A stretch of 64,000 bases of DNA, from IMG/VR virus record IMGVR_UViG_3300003543_000059, positions 13,883-77,882 of that record. One strand, given 5' to 3'. This stretch comes from a virus. The notes under the pieces were generated by a model. It did no database searches. It was not told the DNA's origin and was given only the letters and a program-made list of their open reading frames with translations. How positions within the stretch are numbered: the first letter of the stretch is position 1; every line of letters begins with the position of its first letter. Made by a program: the position numbers and the translations under genes. This document shows, in pieces, positions 50,335-59,463 of this stretch.

Positions 50335-50417
50335 CGCTATACAAGAATTTCAGTAAATTATTAAATAAGACTTTACTGATACGTTTTAGGAGCGTAAACT
50401 TTAACACTCCTAACGGA

Positions 50418-50529
50418 AGGTTGGCACAACAACCTACAGGAAACTGTAAAGAACAGTGTTGTTTTTGTGCATAAGATTATTAAGAAAACTAAGAAAACTA
50501 AGATTATTAAGATATAAGGAATTAAGATT
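50418..50529 (+). promoter_or_regulatory. gp32 translational operator: pseudoknot plus seven TAAG-led repeats
   Basis: S1 AGGTTG/CAACCT, S2 GCACAA/TTGTGC, inner TACAG-GAAA-CTGTA; repeats TAAGATTAT/TAAGAAAAC run to the ATG. Confidence 0.7.
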
Positions 50530-51408
50530 ATGGCTAGAAAAAGTTTTGCGGAGCTTAAAGCTTCAATAGGCAAGAAAACAGGTGGTTCTTCAGATTACGA
50601 TTATGGTGATGTTTACCCTTTTTGGAATATGAATGATGGCGAAGAAGCTATCGTCCGTTTTTTACCAGACAAGAATGAAGATAATGACGAAGGTTTCATG
50701 TTAGAAAAATTCGTTCATAAATTCACCATCAATGGACAGTATAAAACCGTATTATGCCCTAAGCATCATGGCGGTGGTAAGTGTCCAGCTTGCGACATTT
50801 CAGCAGAATATTACGATGCAGATGACAAAGCTAGCGGTAAGAAATTTTACCGTGACATGAATCATATTGCCCGTGCAGTTATTGTTGCTGACCCTTTAGA
50901 TAAGGACGCAGAAGGTAAAGACAATGTAGGTAAGATAATGACAATTAATTTGTCGTTCCAAGTCTACAACGCAATCATCAACTCGTTTAATGACCTTGAA
51001 GATTACCCATTCGATTATGAGAATGGTTGCAACTTCATCATCACTAAACAGATGGTTAAAGATGGCGAAAAATCATATGCTAACTACTCGTTTAGTAAAT
51101 TTGCTAGAAAGGAAACTCCAATCAGCAAGTACATCAAAGAAGAAGACATCAAATTGCTCGACTTAACTACACTGTTACCAAAAGTAGCAACTGTAGAAGA
51201 AATGGAAACATATCTTGAAGCAGCAATCCAAGGTGCGGACAATGATAGTACTGCTCCGAAGAAATCGGATAGTATTGGCGCGTTAAAGGACAAATTGGGA
51301 ACCGTTACAGACGCTCCAGCAGAAAAAGAAACTGCTAGTTCGGAAGATAACATTTCTGATGCGGCAAACGATATTTTAAACGATATTATGGCGCAAAACG
51401 CCAGCTAG
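50530..51408 (+). CDS. gp32: Single-stranded DNA-binding protein
   Basis: VRFLPD, H..C..CPAC zinc site, D...G.NF.I.K, ANY..SKF, acidic tail; next to UvsX. Confidence 0.88.
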   Translation: MARKSFAELKASIGKKTGGSSDYDYGDVYPFWNMNDGEEAIVRFLPDKNEDNDEGFMLEKFVHKFTINGQYKTVLCPKHHGGGKCPACDISAEYYDADDKASGKKFYRDMNHIARAVIVADPLDKDAEGKDNVGKIMTINLSFQVYNAIINSFNDLEDYPFDYENGCNFIITKQMVKDGEKSYANYSFSKFARKETPISKYIKEEDIKLLDLTTLLPKVATVEEMETYLEAAIQGADNDSTAPKKSDSIGALKDKLGTVTDAPAEKETASSEDNISDAANDILNDIMAQNAS

Positions 51409-51427
51409 GAATAGTTGGGTAATATTC

Positions 51428-51466
51428 AAAACCCTTTTATGCTCTTGTGGTGTAAGAGGGTTTTTT
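51428..51466 (+). terminator. Rho-independent terminator
   Basis: AAAACCCTTTTATGC / GTGTAAGAGGGTTTT followed by a U tract. Confidence 0.7.
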
Positions 51467-51486
51467 GTTTCAAAGTAAGGATTATT

Positions 51487-52578
51487 ATGGATTTTTTGAA
51501 AGAATTCGATAAGGTTACAGAAAAGTTAGAAACTGTAACTAGTGTTTCCACTCCACCTAAATATTGGTGTACCAGTGGGAACTATGTTTTAAACAAGATT
51601 ATGTCCGGTTCATACCTCAAATGTGTTCCCCAAGGCAGAATTTTAGGGTTATGTGGACCTTCCGGTGCTGGTAAAAGTTTTATTGCAGCAAATATCATAG
51701 CAGAAATGCAAAAAATAAGGGCATTTAATGTTGCTATTGATTCAGAAAATGCGTTAGATGATGATTTTGTTAGTAAAATTGGCGTTAACACTAAAGACAA
51801 ATACACATATCGTTCAGTATCATTGATTTCTGATGTAACCGCGTTAGTTTCAGCCTTGATTAAAGGCTATAAGAACAAATATGGTGGTGTAGAAGATGCA
51901 ATGCCTTTACATATCACGATTGATTCAATGGACATGCTATTAACCGACACCGAAGAAGAAAATTATAAGAAAGGTGTTTCTAAAGGTGACCAAGGACAGC
52001 GAAATAAACAGTTGAAAGCCATGTTAAGAACTTTTGTTCAAAGCATTAAAGGCTCAAACATATCAATGGTGGTCACTGGTCAAGTATATGCTAACCAAGA
52101 TTTACTTAATGGTAAAGGTAAATGGGTTGTTTCTGAAGCTACAGAATACGCATTATCTCAAATCGTGTTAATCGATAAGTTGAAACTTAAAGATAAAGAT
52201 GATAACAAAGTTATCAAAGGTATCCGCATGATTTGTACTGGTTTCAAAACCAGATTCACGCAACCACATCAAAAAGTTACAATCGAAGTGCCATATGAAA
52301 CTGGTATGACACCAACATCAGGAATGTTGGAAATCGCTGTTGACTTGGGTGTTGTTAAACAAGGTGGTGCATGGTATACCTTAGTTGAAAGTGGTGAAAA
52401 ATTCCAAAAGAAAACTATGGAAAAACATGTTCCTGCAATTTTAGCTGGCTTAGAAGCTCATGCTGATGAATTTGTCAATAGACAAACTCTTGGTGGTGAC
52501 GAAGAAATGAAAGCTTCTGACATAGATGAAGAATCTAGCAAGAAGAAACGTGATGCTATGCACTTGAAAGACAAGTAG
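51487..52578 (+). CDS. uvsX: RecA-like recombinase
   Basis: GPSGAGKS, IDSENALD, IDS, KTRF; start MDFLKEF after AAGGA. Confidence 0.9.
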   Translation: MDFLKEFDKVTEKLETVTSVSTPPKYWCTSGNYVLNKIMSGSYLKCVPQGRILGLCGPSGAGKSFIAANIIAEMQKIRAFNVAIDSENALDDDFVSKIGVNTKDKYTYRSVSLISDVTALVSALIKGYKNKYGGVEDAMPLHITIDSMDMLLTDTEEENYKKGVSKGDQGQRNKQLKAMLRTFVQSIKGSNISMVVTGQVYANQDLLNGKGKWVVSEATEYALSQIVLIDKLKLKDKDDNKVIKGIRMICTGFKTRFTQPHQKVTIEVPYETGMTPTSGMLEIAVDLGVVKQGGAWYTLVESGEKFQKKTMEKHVPAILAGLEAHADEFVNRQTLGGDEEMKASDIDEESSKKKRDAMHLKDK

Positions 52579-52585
52579 GGTGTTC

Positions 52586-52619
52586 TGACAATCCCTGCTG
52601 TTCAATGTGGGGATTGTCA
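52586..52619 (+). terminator. Hairpin after uvsX
   Basis: TGACAATCCC / GGGATTGTCA. Confidence 0.6.
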
Positions 52620-52683
52620 AATAGCTTTTTGTTAATTTTATAAATACTTAAAAGATTACAAAATCATATTAAGGATTCATAAA

Positions 52684-53904
52684 ATGGCACAAGATTTTCT
52701 ACCAATACAAATTGATGGGCATGTTTTCGCTCAATATACGGACGGTGACCGTGAGGTGTTATTAGACCAACACAATGCTATCCATCCACAAAATATGGCT
52801 AGAGTTATAGCTAGAGCCTTAGCAAACGAACATAACTTTCATATTCACAGAATAGCATTTGGTAACGGTGGGACTGAAACTGATGCTGCTTTTCAAATTA
52901 CATACAGAACACCTAACACTGGTGTTGCTCCTGACCCTAACACATATTCTTCACGTTTATACAACGAAACATACTCTGAAATCGTTGACGATTCTAACGT
53001 TTTAATCGGAACAGACCAAGGGTCTTCGGGTCCTAATGTTGGTCAACGACCTGGTGGTGGTTCAGAAGAAGGTTCTGACCCTACAAGCGTAGAGCACGTT
53101 TCTGGTCCTGGTGTTCGTAGTAACGAATTAGGTGTTATTTCACAGGTTACAATTTCCTCTGTATTAAACCCTAATGAGCCTAATGGACAGTTCGATAGTG
53201 ATAACCAATCACCTACAGAAAATACTGAATCAGACTTCACGTTTGATGAAATCGGCTTATATACTGGTGGTGGAACAGCGTTAGATACATCAGGAACACA
53301 AGCTGTTGATGTTGGAAATCGTTTATCTACAGATGACAGCACATTATTAGCTAACACACAATATTCTTTCATCGTTCAAGTTGATGGCGGAGCTTCACAA
53401 GTTGTATCATTTACAACACCAACAATTGGCGGTTCCGGTTCTTCTGGTGAAATTTTATACGGTGATGTTATTCAAGCTATCATGACAGGTGATGTTGCGT
53501 GGAATGTTAATCCAGGTGATAACTTTGCAGGTATTCCAATCATTACAGGTGCTTCTTTATCTATTACAGATTATTCAGGTAGTTTTACAACAATTCCAGT
53601 GGGTACACAAACATTTGGTAACGTATTGTTCCAAAGTGGTACAACAGGGGTTGCATCAGCTATATCATTAACTGATGGTGGTGGTTCAGGATTACCATTA
53701 TTTGCCGCTATGAATGCTCCTACAGGTGGCGTATTATTAGCTGAAGAGTTAGGTAGTTTAGCTGGTATTCAAAATGACCCAGTTAATTTCACTACAGAAC
53801 GTGAAAGATTATTAACTCACATAATTTTTTCTCCTGTATTAAAATCTGCTAATCGCTCTGTCGCTATAAATTATACATTAACGGTATCAGTCGCAAGTAC
53901 TTAA
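52684..53904 (+). CDS. Virion/baseplate structural protein
   Basis: TATAAATA at 52639; NAIH..NM, FGNGGT, FDEIGL, LLTHIIFSPV.KSANR...I.YTL. Confidence 0.7.
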   Translation: MAQDFLPIQIDGHVFAQYTDGDREVLLDQHNAIHPQNMARVIARALANEHNFHIHRIAFGNGGTETDAAFQITYRTPNTGVAPDPNTYSSRLYNETYSEIVDDSNVLIGTDQGSSGPNVGQRPGGGSEEGSDPTSVEHVSGPGVRSNELGVISQVTISSVLNPNEPNGQFDSDNQSPTENTESDFTFDEIGLYTGGGTALDTSGTQAVDVGNRLSTDDSTLLANTQYSFIVQVDGGASQVVSFTTPTIGGSGSSGEILYGDVIQAIMTGDVAWNVNPGDNFAGIPIITGASLSITDYSGSFTTIPVGTQTFGNVLFQSGTTGVASAISLTDGGGSGLPLFAAMNAPTGGVLLAEELGSLAGIQNDPVNFTTERERLLTHIIFSPVLKSANRSVAINYTLTVSVAST

Positions 53905-53920
53905 TGTTATAATATCTGGT

Positions 53921-55564
53921 ATGGATATAAATGACATCATACAACGCTTTGCTCGTGGTGATACTCTTAGGAGTATCAGCATAGAGCATAATATCAGTGT
54001 AGATAGAATACGCACTATATTAAAAAGGCACAACGCATACCAACCACGCAAAAAACATAAATGTGAATTACCGACAAATGAAGTTATAGCTCGTTATAAA
54101 AATGACGAATCAATTGAATCTATCGGAAACCTTTTCGGTGTTTCAGCATCCCCTATAGTAAAAATATTAAAGAAACATGGTATCAGAAAACCTAATTGGA
54201 TGAAAGATACACCATATCATTTAATGGAAAAAATGTTAGATTATGACCATTTTAAAACCATTTATGATGATTTAATTACCCAAAATCGTTTAGCTAATCA
54301 TTTTGATTGTGGTGTTGATAAAATAGTATCTGTTTTAAAACACCACGATTTACCTTTGAATACTGCTGGAATGAGTAAAAGTTTACAGAAAAGGAAAAAT
54401 GCCAAATACGAAATAAACGCAATCACATTTGAAAAATTATACAAAAATGAGAAAAAACCTTTATACAAAATTGCTGAATTGTTTGGGATTAGTGTAGCAT
54501 ATTTACGAACTTATTTTCTAGATTGGAACGTAGATTATATTAGAGATGGTTATAATACTTCTGAAAAATTCGATTATATCAAAAATAACCCAATTGAACT
54601 AAAAAAATTAATAAAAGATGTTAGTGTTAAAGATATATCCTCGCGTTTTGAATGTGGAACAGATTCTATATATTTACTATTAAAAAAACATAACATACCT
54701 ATACCAGATAGATATAAATCTCAAGCTGAAATAGATATAGTAGAGTTTCTAAAAGAAAACAACATTGATAACATCATAACCAACACTCGTAATGTTATAT
54801 CACCACTTGAACTTGACATATATGTGCCATCTTTAAATATAGCAATAGAATATTGTGGTGTGTTTTGGCATTCTGAATTATTCAAAAGTGTAGATTATCA
54901 TAAGCATAAACTGGACGAATGTACTAAAAAGGGTATACGATTGATTACGATTTTTGAAGATGAATGGGAAAATAAAAAAGATATAGTCAAATCTAAATTA
55001 TTATCAATATTTCAGCAAGATGATAGAAATAGGGTATATGCCAGAAAGTGTGAAATATCTACTACACCAACCAACATCAAAGAATTTTTTAAACTTAATC
55101 ATATACAAGGATATGGTAAAGGTTCTATATTTTTATCTTTAACATATGAAAATATTGATGTAGCTATGATGGTTTTTATGAAAAAAGGGAAAGGTTATTA
55201 TCTTAATAGATATGCAACATCTTATAATGTTGTTGGTGGATTTTCCAAATTATTATCGTTTTTTATAAAAAAATATGAATTTGATACTTTAGTCTCCTTT
55301 GCTGATTTGCGTTGGAGTGTGGGAGATTTGTATAATAAAAATGGTTGGGAATTAGAATCAACTATAAAACCAGATTATCATTATGTTGATGGTAGAATTA
55401 GAAGAACTCATAAATTTAATTATAGGCATTCTACTGGATTAAAACGTCTACCTCGTTATAATATGAATTTATCAGAGCATGAAAATATGGTAAACCATGA
55501 TATTTTCAGAATTTATGATTGCGGTAAATTGCGATACACGCTCAAAAAAGCCGTGGAATCGTAA
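53921..55564 (+). CDS. Hef-like homing endonuclease with N-terminal HTH-like repeats
   Basis: ELDIYVP..AIEYCG.FWH...IFEDEW...YARKC...IYDCG. Confidence 0.78.
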   Translation: MDINDIIQRFARGDTLRSISIEHNISVDRIRTILKRHNAYQPRKKHKCELPTNEVIARYKNDESIESIGNLFGVSASPIVKILKKHGIRKPNWMKDTPYHLMEKMLDYDHFKTIYDDLITQNRLANHFDCGVDKIVSVLKHHDLPLNTAGMSKSLQKRKNAKYEINAITFEKLYKNEKKPLYKIAELFGISVAYLRTYFLDWNVDYIRDGYNTSEKFDYIKNNPIELKKLIKDVSVKDISSRFECGTDSIYLLLKKHNIPIPDRYKSQAEIDIVEFLKENNIDNIITNTRNVISPLELDIYVPSLNIAIEYCGVFWHSELFKSVDYHKHKLDECTKKGIRLITIFEDEWENKKDIVKSKLLSIFQQDDRNRVYARKCEISTTPTNIKEFFKLNHIQGYGKGSIFLSLTYENIDVAMMVFMKKGKGYYLNRYATSYNVVGGFSKLLSFFIKKYEFDTLVSFADLRWSVGDLYNKNGWELESTIKPDYHYVDGRIRRTHKFNYRHSTGLKRLPRYNMNLSEHENMVNHDIFRIYDCGKLRYTLKKAVES

Positions 55565-55581
55565 GAAACCACGGCTTTTTT
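55544..55581. terminator. Bidirectional terminator
   Basis: AAAAAAGCCGTGG...CCACGGCTTTTTT between convergent genes. Confidence 0.85.
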
Positions 55582-55592
55582 ATGGGTAAGTT

Positions 55593-56066
55593 TTATGCAG
55601 CAGCAGCTTTTCTAGGTCTTCCAGCGCGTCTTTTCTTAGGCTTAACGTTAGCTTCTTTACCAGCTTCTACAACTTCTTGAGCCGCAGCCATTTGTTCTGC
55701 TGTTGGTTTCGTGTTTGGATTTTGGTCAACTAACACTACACCTTGTTTACCAACTTGTGGTTTCATAATTTGACCGTTAGGTGTGATAACACGAACTAAT
55801 TGGTGAAAATATTTTAATGCGTTTAAACCGTTACCTAAAGTAACTGTGCTCATAGCATCCCATAATTCCATGTTTTCAATGTTACGTGTTCTTAAAATTT
55901 TCATTAAACGCTGTTTGTCAACATTATCTAATTTGTCGATTTGAAGGTATGATACATTACCTTGTCTATCTTCACGCATAACCGCACATTCTACTACAGT
56001 CCCATCACCTTGTAAATCAATCCAATTGATATGTGGGAATTTACCTTTAAGTTTTAATATTGACAT
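55593..56066 (-). CDS. Hypothetical protein with basic C-terminal tail
   Basis: AAGGA RBS; ends KKRRAGRPRK (AT-hook-like). Confidence 0.7.
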   Translation of the reverse strand: MSILKLKGKFPHINWIDLQGDGTVVECAVMREDRQGNVSYLQIDKLDNVDKQRLMKILRTRNIENMELWDAMSTVTLGNGLNALKYFHQLVRVITPNGQIMKPQVGKQGVVLVDQNPNTKPTAEQMAAAQEVVEAGKEANVKPKKRRAGRPRKAAAA

Positions 56067-56133
56067 AATTGTTCCTTTTGATTAATATGTTCTTTAATTA
56101 TATTTAAAGGTGGTATCAAAAAGTGTTCTTAAA

Positions 56134-57000
56134 CTATGCTACTCGTATTAAATTTGGTTTGTAAACGCCAGGTCTTACGCGGGTCAACACGTTTTGACGG
56201 TTAGAACCATTGTTATAACTTACATGAAACCAATAATTATTTCCCAATTCTAATATAAATTGGTCGTATGTTAATGATTGTGTTAGAACCTTTGCTGCTT
56301 CCCATTGTTGAAAGTAACTTGTTCCCGACAACTGAACATCAGCAGCTTGACCTTTATTATGTTGGCTTGTTCCTGAACCATGTCTAAACCCAGAAGTAAG
56401 AAACATATTAGCATATTGACTTTTTAAAGGCTCCAATACATTAATACACAAATGTCTCATGTTACACACAATCTGATTAGTTGTTAATCCGTTTTGCGGT
56501 TGAAGAGGATAATGCGATAATGCACAACCAACAGTTAATGACCCAACAGTGAAATTTGTTGATAGGAAAAAATTTGTAGGAAAATTATAGTTAGTAGCTT
56601 CTGCAAAAATATCAGTACAGTCCGTAGGAATTTCCGTTAATGGTGGTATAACAGGTGTTTCAGCGTCTATTTCCGGTCCAACATAATCTACAGGTAAACC
56701 ATTAGCTGCACTTTCAGCTCGTAATGCTGGTGTATCGGCTGGATAAGGATTTGGGTACACCGCTAACCCGCCATCATTTGTAGGTTCATCAGCAAATGCT
56801 ATAGCAGCTTCATGAACAGAAATGTTAGCAATTAGGGGGTCATTTGCTGGTGGACTTAAGTCTGGTTGCCCAGTTATTGTTAATCCTCCACCACCAGGTG
56901 CGTCAATATAAACATCAACGGAACCTTCTTCGTTATGTGTATGACCAACACCATCGTTTGGGTCTGGTGTATGGTATACCGCTCTATAATCTTCTGGCAT
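56134..57000 (-). CDS. Peptidase M15 (zinc peptidase) endolysin-like protein
   Basis: LTSGFR, SQH..GQAAD, DQ.ILE...WFHVSY. Confidence 0.85.
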   Translation of the reverse strand: MPEDYRAVYHTPDPNDGVGHTHNEEGSVDVYIDAPGGGGLTITGQPDLSPPANDPLIANISVHEAAIAFADEPTNDGGLAVYPNPYPADTPALRAESAANGLPVDYVGPEIDAETPVIPPLTEIPTDCTDIFAEATNYNFPTNFFLSTNFTVGSLTVGCALSHYPLQPQNGLTTNQIVCNMRHLCINVLEPLKSQYANMFLTSGFRHGSGTSQHNKGQAADVQLSGTSYFQQWEAAKVLTQSLTYDQFILELGNNYWFHVSYNNGSNRQNVLTRVRPGVYKPNLIRVA

Positions 57001-57009
57001 TTTGCTCTC

Positions 57010-57043
57010 TTTTTATAAATATTTAATATAGTATTTATAAAGG
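57010..57043. promoter_or_regulatory. Face-to-face late promoters (57014-57021 +, 57032-57039 -) forming a 14-bp hairpin over the holin RBS
   Basis: TTTTTATAAATATT-TAATAT-AGTATTTATAAAGG. Confidence 0.75.
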
Positions 57044-57046
57044 ATT

Positions 57047-57427
57047 ATGGATATGGAAAGAGTTAACAAATGGAGATTCAGATTGGCATTAGCCGCTGAA
57101 GCAATGGATTATTTTAGAATAGTGCCTCGTACAATCATTGTAGGGTATTCATTTATGCTGTATGAGGTCGTAAAATGGTTTATGGCACTACCAACACCTA
57201 ACATGGAACAATCAGCTCTGGTGAGCGTTGTGGTGACTATTGCGGGTGTAGTTATTGGGCTATACACCAAGAGTGGACATTCTTGGGATAACCCTATAAC
57301 AGTGTGGACTAAAGAGCCTCAGTTAAGAGCTAACGTCAATCATTCAACTAATGGCATTAATGATGTGTCTTCATCAGTTGAAGAACCAACACCACCAAAC
57401 CTATCAGATTTTCCTGATATAGATTGA
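57047..57427 (+). CDS. Two-TM holin-like membrane protein
   Basis: RIVPR..WFM.LP.P..EQSALVS; divergent from the M15 peptidase. Confidence 0.55.
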   Translation: MDMERVNKWRFRLALAAEAMDYFRIVPRTIIVGYSFMLYEVVKWFMALPTPNMEQSALVSVVVTIAGVVIGLYTKSGHSWDNPITVWTKEPQLRANVNHSTNGINDVSSSVEEPTPPNLSDFPDID

Positions 57428-58344
57428 CCTGAATTGTTGGTTAACATTGGTTTAAAATAAGCAATGTCTTGAACTATCTTTTTAAGATTATGTTTTTGGC
57501 ACCATTTAACAAAATGGAATAGTGAAAACTTAGACCGATTATCTAGACCATGTTCAACAGCTTCAAACATTGCGGCTTTGATGTGGTCTGGTTGTTTAGT
57601 TAAATCCATAAGATATTGATTTTCTTTAAACAATTCTTCAACTACATATGTCTTACCGTTCGGATGTTTCCATTCATGTTTCATGATGTTGGTCATAGTG
57701 AATGGGTTTTCAAAAGCTTCTTTAAGTTTTGTTAACCTCACTCTTGGGTACGCTGATTGAATGTTATCTTCACCAGCTCTAATACATTTAACGAATAAGT
57801 TCCATTCTATGCTATTATCCCATTCTTCCAACGTGCGGTATTTCTGTGTTAACGGATTCATCAATTTGATATTATTGTTAACCAACAGTTGAACATAATC
57901 TTTATCAGATGATACAATTGTTATGTCAATATCTTCACCGTATTTTTGACAGAATCCAGCTATTAAATCATCAGCTTCGCAACCATCAGCAGAGAAACAT
58001 ATGATGCTAGTGTGTGCTTTGATAAGTTCTTCAAACTCTGCTAGGGTAGCTTTAAAAATTTCTAACCTAGCTTTCTCTTTCTGTGTTAACTTCAAAGCTC
58101 TATCACCTTTGTAGAGCTTACCCGAAACACATTTAGTTGTTTTCGTGTAATCTACTCTCCAATTCGGTCGGTCATAAGCTAAGATGATTTCGTCTGGTTT
58201 GAACTTTTTGTAATATTTGTTAAGCATTTTCAGCGTAACATCAACCGCCATACCAGAAACAACATCATCAGGTTGACCATCATTAACATGCCAAGCCATA
58301 CGAGCAATGTTGCTAATATCGAATATCACATAGTGTTTATTCAT
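57340..58344 (-). CDS. rnh: RNase H / 5'-3' exonuclease
   Basis: D.SN, D..NWR, YKG.R, EADDLIA, SSDKDY.QL, DNI. Confidence 0.88.
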   Translation of the reverse strand: MNKHYVIFDISNIARMAWHVNDGQPDDVVSGMAVDVTLKMLNKYYKKFKPDEIILAYDRPNWRVDYTKTTKCVSGKLYKGDRALKLTQKEKARLEIFKATLAEFEELIKAHTSIICFSADGCEADDLIAGFCQKYGEDIDITIVSSDKDYVQLLVNNNIKLMNPLTQKYRTLEEWDNSIEWNLFVKCIRAGEDNIQSAYPRVRLTKLKEAFENPFTMTNIMKHEWKHPNGKTYVVEELFKENQYLMDLTKQPDHIKAAMFEAVEHGLDNRSKFSLFHFVKWCQKHNLKKIVQDIAYFKPMLTNNSGQSISGKSDRFGGVGSSTDEDTSLMPLVE

Positions 58345-58585
58345 AGTCGTTGCTATCGCCTTGCATTTCAGCAGTTACCATAGCAGTTAGTTCAGCAATA
58401 TAACGCTGAATGATAGCACTATCATCAACACCAGTATAACCGTTAGATTTTAAATGTTGAATGAAAGCATCATCCCAATCTAATTCTAAACGAATCTTAC
58501 CATTAGCTTCTTCAAGAATCCCTACGATTTTAACGTATGGTTCTTTTTTACCTTTCTTCTTTTTCTTAAATAGTTTTTCAAACAT
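58337..58585 (-). CDS. Hypothetical protein
   Basis: Likely start MFEKLFKK (AAGGA RBS); ELDWDDAFI..L...GY.G motif. Confidence 0.65.
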   Translation of the reverse strand: MFEKLFKKKKKGKKEPYVKIVGILEEANGKIRLELDWDDAFIQHLKSNGYTGVDDSAIIQRYIAELTAMVTAEMQGDSNDYE

Positions 58586-58680
58586 ACCAAAATCCTTAAT
58601 ATAAGCGTGTATAAGACGATTTAAGAGTATTATCACCTCGTAGTGAGGGTAACGCCTTAAATCGTCTTACGTGTGGTTAT

Positions 58681-59385
58681 TTATACCCTTGGAAGCATGT
58701 AGATGGTTAAACCATTTACCTTGATTTTGAATATGCCACGTTTACCGATAGAATAAGTTGCTTCTGCACAACCTTTCATCAACGAGTTGAACATATCTAA
58801 AGCATAAGAGAATGTAAAGCTGTTGGTACCATCACTTTCAACTTCAACTTTGTCTTCAGCTTCAATTTTGATAATGTCGTTAGAATTATCAACCAGTTCA
58901 TAGGTCAATTCACCATTAACATTGATAAGTTTGATTCTGTCGCTATCAGACGTGCCACTGGCTTTGCTGATTAGGTTGATTAAGTCTTCATCAATTTTTA
59001 TGATGAATTCTTCATTGTCATGAACCACTTTTGGTGAGGCAATGAATTTAGGTGGTCCACAACGATACTGGATGTTAAGAGATTTACTTTTGAAGTTCAT
59101 TTGCTTAACAAACATGTCATCATCTTCACCATCAGTTTCAGCGGTGATTATGGCATTGTCATCATCTTTAATAAGGTTGAAACGTGATAAAAAAGTTTGT
59201 AAACGGTTGATTCCCATTTCACCGAAATCATCGGCTAATGCCAAATCAGATAATACGAACGCAGTTTTGTCGGGATTGTACCCACTAACTTTGTCTTTAG
59301 TTATTAATAATTCTGTTACTTTGATAAGTTTAACAGTGCTTAAAATGTTCTCGATAGCCAACGCAGTGACTTTAGATAGTTTCAT
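58681..59385 (-). CDS. DNA polymerase sliding clamp (putative, gp45-like)
   Basis: 234 aa, acidic, MKLSK start, adjacent to PolB. Confidence 0.6.
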   Translation of the reverse strand: MKLSKVTALAIENILSTVKLIKVTELLITKDKVSGYNPDKTAFVLSDLALADDFGEMGINRLQTFLSRFNLIKDDDNAIITAETDGEDDDMFVKQMNFKSKSLNIQYRCGPPKFIASPKVVHDNEEFIIKIDEDLINLISKASGTSDSDRIKLINVNGELTYELVDNSNDIIKIEAEDKVEVESDGTNSFTFSYALDMFNSLMKGCAEATYSIGKRGIFKIKVNGLTIYMLPRV

Positions 59386-59416
59386 AGTATTCCTATATAA
59401 TTATGTTTTAATATTA

Positions 59417-59455
59417 ACGGATGCTGATAAGTTTATATGACTTATCAGCATCCGT
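59417..59455. terminator. Perfect 16-bp hairpin between PolB and clamp genes
   Basis: ACGGATGCTGATAAGT-TTATATG-ACTTATCAGCATCCGT. Confidence 0.55.
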
Positions 59456-59463
59456 AAAGGGTT

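Noticed and set aside
50472-50529. 9-nt repeats as a mini-CRISPR or origin iterons
   Set aside because: There are no spacers and the array runs into the SSB RBS and ATG, which fits a translational operator better.
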